A stretch of 57,174 nt of DNA, from the NCBI GenBank assembly GCA_964247135.1, contig CAXTTL010000007.1, positions 1 to 57,174 of the forward strand. Direction: 5' to 3'. This document shows, piece by piece, positions 39,293-47,735 of the stretch. Made by a program: the position numbers and the translations under genes. How positions within the stretch are numbered: the first letter of the stretch is position 1; each line of letters begins with the position of its first letter. This DNA comes from an uncultured Deinococcales bacterium. Its GTDB lineage: Bacteria > Deinococcota > Deinococci > Deinococcales > JAAFIG01. The notes under the pieces are model-generated. The model worked only from the letters and a program-made list of their open reading frames with translations, ran no database searches and had not been told where the DNA came from.

Positions 39293-40223
39293 ATTGCGCC
39301 AGCAGCCACCAGACCACCAAAGCACACAAGATCAGCACCAGCGGAAACGCCCAGGGGCTGTTCATGCCAGGGATCGAAACGTTCATGCCGAACACGCCCG
39401 TAATCCAGGTTGGCACCGCCACCAAAATCGTTGCCACCGTCAAGACCCGCACCACAATGTTGAGGTTGTTGCTGATAATCGACGCGAACGCCCCCATCAT
39501 GGTTGACAAAATGTTCAGTTCGACATCGGTCATCTCGAGCGCCTGAATCATTTCGGTATGAGTGTCCTCGAGTTGGTCGGCTTGGCTTTCGTTTAACGCC
39601 AGGACGTTGTTGCGCCGAATCCGCTCGAGCATGGTGGCATTCGCCCGCAGCGCCGTGCGGAAGTAGACCAAACTCTTTTCGATCCGCATCAATTGCAACA
39701 ACTCGCGGTTTTGGGTGCTGCTCTCGAGGTGATTCTCGAGCGCTTCAACCGTGCGGTTGATGCTGCGCAAATTTTGCAAATAACGCTGCGCCACCCGCAG
39801 CAGAAGGTGAAGGGTAAAGTCGGTACGCTCGAGGCTGTTGGCGGCGGGAAGTCGTCCAAAGCGCAGGTCAGACATGACCGTGTGCCGATGCTCGCAAATC
39901 GTGATGACATTGCTTGGCGCCAAAATAATTGCCAGCGGCACGGTGTCATACGGCACGCCAGCGCCCTCGCCGAGCCAGTGGGCGGCTTGCACGACAATCA
40001 GCGTAAATTCGCCCGATTGTTCAAAACGCGGATGCTCGTCTGGGTCGAGCGCATAGGTCAAAAATTCGTTTGGCACACCGTAATCGAGGCGTAAAATCTC
40101 GAGTTCGGGTTCGCTGGGTTTGATCGCATCGACCCAACCGGTGTTTGCTGCGCCGGCATCGGCATCGCTCACCGAGGCGAGGCGGAGCATTTGGGTGCCG
40201 GTGGTTTGGTAGCGGTGCAGCAT
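39270..40223 (-). CDS. corA: CorA-family magnesium transporter
   Basis: ALDPDEHPR, KSLVYF, ASIISNNLN, FGMN signature, two C-terminal TMs. Confidence 0.9.
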   Translation of the reverse strand: MLHRYQTTGTQMLRLASVSDADAGAANTGWVDAIKPSEPELEILRLDYGVPNEFLTYALDPDEHPRFEQSGEFTLIVVQAAHWLGEGAGVPYDTVPLAIILAPSNVITICEHRHTVMSDLRFGRLPAANSLERTDFTLHLLLRVAQRYLQNLRSINRTVEALENHLESSTQNRELLQLMRIEKSLVYFRTALRANATMLERIRRNNVLALNESQADQLEDTHTEMIQALEMTDVELNILSTMMGAFASIISNNLNIVVRVLTVATILVAVPTWITGVFGMNVSIPGMNSPWAFPLVLILCALVVWWLLAQFRKRRWL

Positions 40224-40420
40224 TTCAAAACCAAACTACCATTGAAGCCCGAGCCTTGGGGTGATCTGGTTGGATCGATAGCGAAAATCTCGGTGGTCAA
40301 AATGGGCTGCCATTTCTTTGGGGGCATGGTGAAGCACGTGCCAGAGAGGGATTTTGAACTCGGGTGTATTCAAGTCTGGCGCTTAAAAGGATGACACCGA
40401 GCTGAAAGAACCACACCAAA

Positions 40421-41440
40421 ATGCCTGCCATGAGCGCCTTGAGCCAACAAAAATTTGAACCATCAATTCCAACCCAAGAGCCAGTCGCACAACCGACACT
40501 GTCTGGTTCGCTGGCAAAGCTTGCCATCAGCGATTTTCTGAACAGCATGAGCCAAATGAACACACCAGGTTGGCTCGAGTTCCGACCCTCGGGCATTCGA
40601 TTGCGCCTTTACCAGGGACATCTGGTCGGCGCGAGCGGCACAAAATTTCCGCTCGGTTCGATTCTGGTGCGGCGCGGGGTCTTGACCGAAAGCCAACTCG
40701 AGCAGGCTTTGGCTTTAAAGCGCCAGCAAGCCCAGGGCACCGCTTTTCTGGGCAGCATACTGATGCTCGAGCCATTCAATCTTTCCAGGGCAACAATCCT
40801 TGACGCCCTCAGCACCGAAATCATGCTGACCGTGCACCGTTTGTTGCTCGAGCCTCAAGAGCGTTACGCGTTTTTCAGAGCCGATCCGCCGCCCGTGCTG
40901 CACCCCAAAGTCAATGTCGCCAAAGCACTGCTGACCTCGGCTGGCGTCGCCGATGAAATTGCGGTCAGCGCCTTGCCGCTGGATGCCATGATGCGAATGG
41001 TGCGCAACCCAACTGAGGGCACCATCAACCTTTCGCAGGACGAATGGCGCTTGTGCAGTTACCTGAACGGGCGGCGCAGCTTGCGTTCCGCCATGCAGCT
41101 TGTGGCGACCAGCCTCGAGGATGGAACCCGTCGCTCGCACCGCGCCGCGCAACATCTGGTCGAGCACCGTTTGATTGAATTCGCGCCGGTCATGGGTTTG
41201 AGTGCTTTAATTTTGGCGAAACGCAAAAACACGGGCGCGAATTACCACCCGCCAGCCAGCCTGACCGCGAACTTGTTCGTCAAACAAATCGACGGCGTTC
41301 GCAGCGCCCGAGCCATCGCCGAGGTGTTAAAGCTTCACCCCGACCGTGCGGCGCAGATTGCGGTCAGTTTGTTCCGCGACAACGTGATTGAAGTGATCGA
41401 AGGTCAGTTTGAGCTTGATCTGTTGCTCGAGGAGTATTAA
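40421..41440 (+). CDS. DUF4388 (PatA-N-like) domain protein
   Basis: LSGSLAKLAISDFL N-terminus, LGSILVRRGVLTESQLEQAL repeat-like motif, LSQDEWRL..LNGRRSL. Confidence 0.65.
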   Translation: MPAMSALSQQKFEPSIPTQEPVAQPTLSGSLAKLAISDFLNSMSQMNTPGWLEFRPSGIRLRLYQGHLVGASGTKFPLGSILVRRGVLTESQLEQALALKRQQAQGTAFLGSILMLEPFNLSRATILDALSTEIMLTVHRLLLEPQERYAFFRADPPPVLHPKVNVAKALLTSAGVADEIAVSALPLDAMMRMVRNPTEGTINLSQDEWRLCSYLNGRRSLRSAMQLVATSLEDGTRRSHRAAQHLVEHRLIEFAPVMGLSALILAKRKNTGANYHPPASLTANLFVKQIDGVRSARAIAEVLKLHPDRAAQIAVSLFRDNVIEVIEGQFELDLLLEEY

Positions 41441-41595
41441 CACCTGACACGATTCAGGGGATCAACGACCTGACACCCCCATGAAATCCAACTGGCATTC
41501 TGGGATTGTTCAAGTTGATTTGGAAAATTGAATGCGGTTCGCTCGAGTGCTCAGACTTTTAAAACTCGAGTTGCTCAACACAAGGGGGAAGAAAC

Positions 41596-42714
41596 ATGAA
41601 ACGACTGTTACCCGTTTTTGCTCTGGCGGCGCTCGGCTTGAGCGCCACAATTCTCGCACAAGGTCCTGTCAAGCTCAGTTTTTACTCGAGCGGCGACGTG
41701 AACGTCAAAAACCTCTGGGAACAAAATCTCTTGCCGATGTATCAAAAGCAAAACCCGAACGTGCAATTTGATTTGATCTTCTCGCAGTCCGGCACGGGCA
41801 ACCAGGCGACCCTGGATCGCATGGCAGCCGCCAAAAAAGCGGGGCAGGCTTCGGGCATCGATTTGCTCGAGGGTCCAGTTTTGGAGGCGGGCGAGGCAGG
41901 CTTGTTGGTCGCAGTCAAAAGCAAAGACATCTCGAGGCTCAGCCGCGTCGAAGCCAATGTCTTGGCTCGAGCCAAGGGTTTTGGCGTGCCGTATCGCGGC
42001 TCGAGCGTGGTGTTGGCGTACAATTCGAGCAAGGTTGCCAAACCACCCAAGACGCTCGAGGCGCTGCTGGATTGGATTCAAAAGAACCCTGGGCAGTTCA
42101 CCTACAACACGCCCGACACTGGCGGCAGCGGCAATGCTTTTGTGACTCGGGTCTTAAAACTGGGGCTTGAATCCAAAGACGCGACCACCTTCGAGACGGG
42201 TTACGAACCGACACTCATCAACCAGTGGGACAAGGGTTTTGACACCTTGAAGAAACTCGCGCCAAACTTGTACAACGGTGGACAATACTCCAAGAACAAC
42301 GCCGAGACGATTCAATTGCTCGCCAAGGGCGCGATCAACATGGGTCCGGTCTGGTCGGATCAAGGGCTGTCGGCACTGAAGCAAGGCATCCTGCCCGAGA
42401 ACATCAAACTGGTGCAAATCAACCCGCCGTTCAGCGGTGGCAGCTCATACCTGGGCATTGCCGCCGACAGCCCCAACAAGCCCGAGGCGCTGAAGTTTTT
42501 AAACTGGGTGCTGGGTGAGGAAGCCCAAGCCGTGATTGTGGACAAGATGAACGGCTACCCAGGCGTCAAAATCACCGCCATGCCTGCGGACGTGCGCAAG
42601 AAATTTGGCACGATTGCCAAGAGCTTTAGCTTCGGGTTCTCGAGCAAGTTCGGTGCAGACATGAACCGACTGTGGTACGAAAAAATCGCCGGCACTCCGC
42701 AACCACAACGTTAA
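41596..42714 (+). CDS. ABC transporter extracellular solute-binding protein (PotD/AfuA-like class)
   Basis: Signal peptide; PYRGSSVVLAYN, PPKTLEALL, TPDTGGSG, ALKFLNW. Confidence 0.88.
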   Translation: MKRLLPVFALAALGLSATILAQGPVKLSFYSSGDVNVKNLWEQNLLPMYQKQNPNVQFDLIFSQSGTGNQATLDRMAAAKKAGQASGIDLLEGPVLEAGEAGLLVAVKSKDISRLSRVEANVLARAKGFGVPYRGSSVVLAYNSSKVAKPPKTLEALLDWIQKNPGQFTYNTPDTGGSGNAFVTRVLKLGLESKDATTFETGYEPTLINQWDKGFDTLKKLAPNLYNGGQYSKNNAETIQLLAKGAINMGPVWSDQGLSALKQGILPENIKLVQINPPFSGGSSYLGIAADSPNKPEALKFLNWVLGEEAQAVIVDKMNGYPGVKITAMPADVRKKFGTIAKSFSFGFSSKFGADMNRLWYEKIAGTPQPQR

Positions 42715-42746
42715 GCAACCACAACGTTAAGCAACCACAACGTTAA
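42699..42746 (+). repeat. Perfect tandem repeat, 3 x 16 bp (GCAACCACAACGTTAA)
   Basis: Units 42699-42714, 42715-42730, 42731-42746; the first unit contains the SBP stop codon. Confidence 0.95.
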
Positions 42747-42749
42747 ACC

Positions 42750-43682
42750 GTGAATCAAACTGCCTCCTCTTCCCCCTCCCCAGCCGCCCGAACATTCGGG
42801 CGGTTCGTCCATGCTTGGCGCAAACCAATGCTCGGTTTGCTGTTGGTCTTGCCGCCAATTGTTGTTCTGATTTTGCTGGTCTTGTACCCCGCGCTCGAGG
42901 CGTTGCGGTTTTCGCTCGGATTTGTGCCAGCCGACAATCCCGCCTACGCCAGCGGTCTTGATCTGGTAACCAGCGACACGGGATCGCTCGAGGTCTTCAA
43001 AAAACTGTTTGCCAGTTCGTTCTTCTCGAGCAACCTGGCGCTGACCTTGCGGGTGTCGTTTGTTTCGGTGCTGCTGCTGGTCTTGGTCAGTTACCCGCTC
43101 GCCCTGTTCGCCCGTTTTGGGCGCGGCAAACTGGCAGATGTCGCTCGAGTCTTGTATTTGCTGCCGATGTTTGTTCCCGTGGTGATTGCCACCTATGCCC
43201 TGATCACCTTTTTTGGCGACAACGGCTGGCTCGAGGCGATTCTTGGCACGGTTGGCATTCCCTACCATTCGGTGATTCGTCAAGAGGCTGGCATTGTACT
43301 GGGTCACGTCTGGGTTGGCGTGCCGTTCGCGGTGCTGATGCTCTCGAGCGGCTTGGACGGCATCTCGAACGAGAGTCTCGAGGCGGCGCGAGATCAGGGC
43401 GCGAATGCCTGGGTGGTGTTCTGGCGCATTCTTTTGCCGCTCAACATTGTGCCGCTCTTGATCGTCATGACCTTTTCGTTCATCGGCGTGTTTGGCAGTT
43501 ACACCGTGCCCTACATGCTCGGACCGAGCGCCCCGCAAATGCTCGGGGTCAGCATGGCGCTGAACTTTGGCGCATTTCGTCAGCCGCAACAAGCCGTGGC
43601 GATGGCGGTGGTCAGTTTTGCCTTTTGTGCCTTCGCTGGTGCGCTGTACGTCTGGTCGACCACCCGAGGTCGAAAATCGTGA
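42750..43682 (+). CDS. ABC transporter permease (PotB-like)
   Basis: GTG start; YPLA, EAARDQGA; multiple TMs. Confidence 0.87.
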   Translation: MNQTASSSPSPAARTFGRFVHAWRKPMLGLLLVLPPIVVLILLVLYPALEALRFSLGFVPADNPAYASGLDLVTSDTGSLEVFKKLFASSFFSSNLALTLRVSFVSVLLLVLVSYPLALFARFGRGKLADVARVLYLLPMFVPVVIATYALITFFGDNGWLEAILGTVGIPYHSVIRQEAGIVLGHVWVGVPFAVLMLSSGLDGISNESLEAARDQGANAWVVFWRILLPLNIVPLLIVMTFSFIGVFGSYTVPYMLGPSAPQMLGVSMALNFGAFRQPQQAVAMAVVSFAFCAFAGALYVWSTTRGRKS

Positions 43683-44503
43683 AACCGACCTGGTTTCTCG
43701 AGCATCCCGCGCTCAGGCGTGCGGTGATGTTGTCGTTCGTGCTGGCGTTTGGCGCATTCCTGATTTTGCCACTGGTCACCTTGCTGCTCTGGGCGTTTTC
43801 GGATCGCTGGTTTTTCCCCAACCTCGTGCCGCAGGTTTGGGGTTTTAAATGGTGGGGCTGGATTCTTGAGAACACCGATATCACCAAAGCCGCCCGTTGG
43901 AGTTTTCTGATCGCCCCCACCGTGACGCTGCTGTCGGCGGTGATTTGCTTGCCTGCCGCCTACGCTTTTGCGCGTTTTGAATTTCCGTTCAAACGGTTTT
44001 TGTATGTTGCCCTGCTCGCCTCGAACGCCTTTCCAAAACTTGGCTTGTACATTGCCATCGCCGCGCTGTTTTTTCAATTTCGCTTGATCGGCACGTTCTG
44101 GGGCGTGGTGCTGGTGCAACTCATCAACACCCTTGTGACCATGACCTGGATTCCCGCCGCAGGGTTCTCGAGCGTCCCACGCGAACTCGAGGAGGCGGCA
44201 CGGGATTTGGGTGCGAGTCCCTTGCGGGTGTTTTTTGCGGTCACACTGCCAATTGCCATGCCTGGTGTCATCGTCGCCATGATTTTGGTGTTCCTGGGTT
44301 CACTCGATGAGGCGCAAGCCACGCTGCTGATCGGTGCGCCGAACATCATCACGATGCCCGTGCAAATGTACACGCTGGTCGGAAATTACCCCGAACCCGT
44401 CGGCGCGATTTTCAGTATTTTGCTGACCATTCCATCGTTGATTTTATTGGTGCTGGCGCGAAAATTCTTGGTTTCTGGCTATCTGGCGGCGGGGTTCAAA
44501 TGA
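43679..44503 (+). CDS. ABC transporter permease (PotC-like)
   Basis: GTGA coupling at 43679; PAAYAFAR, LEEAARDLGA, PIAMPG. Confidence 0.87.
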   Translation: MKPTWFLEHPALRRAVMLSFVLAFGAFLILPLVTLLLWAFSDRWFFPNLVPQVWGFKWWGWILENTDITKAARWSFLIAPTVTLLSAVICLPAAYAFARFEFPFKRFLYVALLASNAFPKLGLYIAIAALFFQFRLIGTFWGVVLVQLINTLVTMTWIPAAGFSSVPRELEEAARDLGASPLRVFFAVTLPIAMPGVIVAMILVFLGSLDEAQATLLIGAPNIITMPVQMYTLVGNYPEPVGAIFSILLTIPSLILLVLARKFLVSGYLAAGFK

Positions 44504-45579
44504 GTCAAATCAACTTTATCGATGTCAGTAAGTCTTACGCGGGAAAACCTGCCGTGGACAAGCTCAATTTGGAAATCAAAAGTGGCGAGTTCGTCAGTTT
44601 GCTCGGACCTTCGGGTTGCGGCAAAACCACCAGTTTGAGAATGCTGGCGGGTTTTCTCGAGCCTGATGCGGGCGACATTCAACTGGCGGGCAAAAGCGTG
44701 CTCGGCTTGGGCGCGGAGGTCAGACCCACCGCGATGGTCTTTCAGCGCTACACCCTCTTTCCGCACATGAACATTTTTCACAACGTCGCGTTTGGCTTAA
44801 AACTCAGGAAGCTCGAGGCGCAAAAAATTCGTGATCGGGTTGCCAAAATGCTCGAGTTGGTGGGTTTGCCAGGCTTTGAAAAACGGTATCCCGCGCAGCT
44901 TTCGGGCGGACAGCAACAACGTATTGCCCTCGCCAGGGCGCTGGTGGTCGAACCGCAAGTTTTGCTCTTGGACGAACCACTCTCGAGCCTCGATGCGCGG
45001 TTGCGGGTGAACTTGCGCGAGGAAATTCGGGCGATTCAGCGACAGCTCGGCATCACCACGGTTTTTGTCACGCACGACCAAGAGGAGGCGCTGGCGGTTT
45101 CAGACCGAATTGCCGTGATGAACGAGGGCGTGTTGCAGCAATACGCCGCGCCCGACGAACTGTATACCAGACCAGCGACCTTGTTTTCGGCACAATTTAT
45201 CGGCAGCATGAACCTGATCTCGGGACGAATCGTGGGCGGCTGGCTCGAGGCTGGCGCGTTTCGGATTCCCACCCCAAACCTCGAGCCGCAAAGCATCACG
45301 CTGGCGGTACGACCCGAAGACCTCGAGTTTGGGGTCACCTCAAGTTTTGCGCTCGACAACGTCAGCGCCACGCTCGAGGGCGTGACCGAGTTGGGGCATT
45401 ACCGTTCGCTTCGGGTGAAAGCGGGAGCGTCCAACTTGACGGTTTTTGCCGCTCGAGGGAGCATTCCAGCCTCGAGCGGCGATGCCAGATTGTGGTTGCG
45501 TCGGGCGCTCGTGTACGCTGGCGACAAACTGCTGACCGAACTGATCGCCGAACCAAAAAACCAAATCGAGGTCATCTGA
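44500..45579 (+). CDS. ABC transporter ATP-binding protein (PotA-like)
   Basis: GPSGCGKT, LSGGQQQRI, LLLDEPLS, VTHDQEEA. Confidence 0.93.
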   Translation: MSQINFIDVSKSYAGKPAVDKLNLEIKSGEFVSLLGPSGCGKTTSLRMLAGFLEPDAGDIQLAGKSVLGLGAEVRPTAMVFQRYTLFPHMNIFHNVAFGLKLRKLEAQKIRDRVAKMLELVGLPGFEKRYPAQLSGGQQQRIALARALVVEPQVLLLDEPLSSLDARLRVNLREEIRAIQRQLGITTVFVTHDQEEALAVSDRIAVMNEGVLQQYAAPDELYTRPATLFSAQFIGSMNLISGRIVGGWLEAGAFRIPTPNLEPQSITLAVRPEDLEFGVTSSFALDNVSATLEGVTELGHYRSLRVKAGASNLTVFAARGSIPASSGDARLWLRRALVYAGDKLLTELIAEPKNQIEVI

Positions 45580-46319
45580 TGCCGTTTCCACCCGCTTTAG
45601 AAGCCAGCCTCGAGGCTCGAGGGTACTTGAGAATCGCCCACCGTGGCGCACCGAGTTTTGGCATTGACAATTCCGACCTTGCAATTCTGGCGGCGCTCGA
45701 GCATCGACCCGATTTGATCGAAATTGACGTCCATTTTACCATTGACGGACAGTTGATCCTCTGGCATGACAACCACCTCGAGCACGATGGGCAAAAGCTC
45801 GAGATTGCCAAAACCAGCCTCGAGCGACTGCAAAAAGTTCGATTGTCAGATGGCTCGAGGCTGGTGACGCTCGAGGAAGCCATGAACATGGTGCGAGGGA
45901 CTTGCGGTTTGTTGGTTGACCTGAAAGCTGACGGCTTGGCGCAAGCCATCATCGATTGCACGCACAAAACCGAACTCGAGACGGTGGTGGTTTGCGGCGG
46001 TTATTTTGAAACCCTGAAAACCATCAAATCGCTCGAGCCGAAAATTGCGGTGTCTTACACCCCAGAATTTATTCCGTTTGGTCTGAATCCCAAAGTCAAA
46101 GCCGATTTTCTGGACGCATTGACGGTCTACTGGCGCACCGTCACGCCAGGTTTTTTGAAAGCCTCGAAAGCGCGTGGGATTCGGGTGATCGCCTGGACGG
46201 TGGACGAGGCGGTGCAAATGCGAAAGCTCATCAACATGGGTATTTCTGGCATCACCACCAACCGAATTGAACGGCTCTCGAAACTCAAGTTTTCTGATGC
46301 GGTGCTCGATGTTGGTTGA
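45579..46319 (+). CDS. Glycerophosphodiester phosphodiesterase
   Basis: IAHRG, EIDV, WHD, DLK, AWTVD, GITTN; ATG 45579 overlaps the previous TGA. Confidence 0.88.
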   Translation: MPFPPALEASLEARGYLRIAHRGAPSFGIDNSDLAILAALEHRPDLIEIDVHFTIDGQLILWHDNHLEHDGQKLEIAKTSLERLQKVRLSDGSRLVTLEEAMNMVRGTCGLLVDLKADGLAQAIIDCTHKTELETVVVCGGYFETLKTIKSLEPKIAVSYTPEFIPFGLNPKVKADFLDALTVYWRTVTPGFLKASKARGIRVIAWTVDEAVQMRKLINMGISGITTNRIERLSKLKFSDAVLDVG

Positions 46320-46387
46320 GAACAAATTCGGGTCATTCAACTCTCAATAAAAGTTGAGGTACACCCGAACTGGAGCGCATTACTTCC

Positions 46388-46422
46388 CAGTCACGCTCCA
46401 GTGACGCTCTCCTTTCTATACT
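46388..46422 (+). promoter_or_regulatory. 11-bp direct repeat CAGT(C/G)ACGCTC x2 followed by TATACT -10-like hexamer
   Basis: Units 46388-46398 and 46399-46409; TATACT at 46417; upstream of the 46451 lipoprotein. Confidence 0.45.
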
Positions 46423-46450
46423 TGCCCTCGAGTTTTTGAGAGGAGCGAGC

Positions 46451-47359
46451 ATGATACGATCATTACGAATCTCGAGGGTTGGGAAGTTGAGTGTGGTATT
46501 GGCGTTGCTGGCGGGTTTGAGCGCCTGCCCCAGCGAGGGATCGAACCTGGGTTCAAACCCGCAAAAACCGCCATTGACTGGAAGTTGCGACAATCCAACG
46601 CCAAACCAACTGACCCCAGAAGCCTTAAAGGTCAAAGGTTATTTCGTGAACGCCTGCGGGCAACCCATTCCTGGCGCTCGAGTGATCGTGCGCAATGCGT
46701 TTGCTTCCTCCACGGACACGCCGTTTACGGTTGTTCCCAATGCGGAGGGTTTTTATTCGCAAAACTTGCCGCCCGCCTCGGCGAACGCTGCGGCGTTTCA
46801 AGCCATCGGCGAGGTTGGTAAGGTTTATGACGGCACGGATTACTGCCTGTGGGTGCGACCATCTGACGGTTCAAGCTCGTTTTCAGGCAAGGACGGCGCG
46901 GTGCAAAATCTGGTGTGGCGCGTCGCTGGCGAACGTCCCGATTCCAAACCGGGAGATCGGCGCTACTACGGCGGCAGCCTGTGGCTCTCCCCAAACCTCA
47001 GTGACACGTTTTCTGCGCCGCCAGAATCTGTATTGAAACTCTTGCTCAGACCCACCGCGCCACTGATTGATGGCACGCAGGGACAAGATGTGGAAATACA
47101 AATTCCTTGGGGACAACGCTATCAAACCTCGAGCACCCCAGCACTGAACGGAATTCCACTGGGCAAGTACCAAGTCTTTGCCGCCATTCAACTCCCGAAT
47201 GACCCCGCGCTCTACAGGGTTTATGTCAACTTGGACGATGGCAAGAACAATCCATACGCGGAATCCACGGTCGGCAAGTTTGCGGGTGACCGTTCGGGCG
47301 CGGCGCTCACTTGCGCGGGAACAGCAATGATGCAAATTGGACTGAGTTTTAGCAAATAA
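46451..47359 (+). CDS. Lipoprotein with carboxypeptidase-regulatory-like (beta-sandwich) domain
   Basis: AGGAG RBS; lipobox LSAC; VKGYFVNACGQPIPGARVIV. Confidence 0.6.
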   Translation: MIRSLRISRVGKLSVVLALLAGLSACPSEGSNLGSNPQKPPLTGSCDNPTPNQLTPEALKVKGYFVNACGQPIPGARVIVRNAFASSTDTPFTVVPNAEGFYSQNLPPASANAAAFQAIGEVGKVYDGTDYCLWVRPSDGSSSFSGKDGAVQNLVWRVAGERPDSKPGDRRYYGGSLWLSPNLSDTFSAPPESVLKLLLRPTAPLIDGTQGQDVEIQIPWGQRYQTSSTPALNGIPLGKYQVFAAIQLPNDPALYRVYVNLDDGKNNPYAESTVGKFAGDRSGAALTCAGTAMMQIGLSFSK

Positions 47360-47622
47360 ATGTTGGAGGCTCGAGCATGAAATACAAACTGGTTTTCGCA
47401 AAAGAATCAGGAATGCGTTTTTGCAAGCAAAAAACCAACGGGGATTTTCAGTGCATCTCGAGCGGCACAACGGGCGGTTCATCCGTGGGTTTTGTGGCTC
47501 GAGTGCGCGGCAATTGATTTTGAAACTGGAGGAAGGCATGAACAAAATTGGAAGGGCAGGAATTGTTTTGTTGGTTGAGGCGCTTATAGGGTGCAACCCA
47601 ACAAAGCTCGAGGAAAGGACAG

Positions 47623-47654
47623 TGTAATACACATCCTTTGTAATACACATCCTT
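47623..47654 (+). repeat. Tandem duplication, 2 x 16 bp (TGTAATACACATCCTT)
   Basis: Units 47623-47638 and 47639-47654. Confidence 0.9.
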
Positions 47655-47735
47655 TCGCAGGGTTTCAGTCGAACTAAAGTGCGTCCTCTCAACCGGAAAC
47701 CCACAAAAAATGCTGTTGTTCTCAAGGAGGTAGCA

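Noticed and set aside
42699-42746. Possible CRISPR array (also 47623-47654 and the heptamer repeats)
   Set aside because: Repeats are directly adjacent with no spacers, too short, and there are no cas genes
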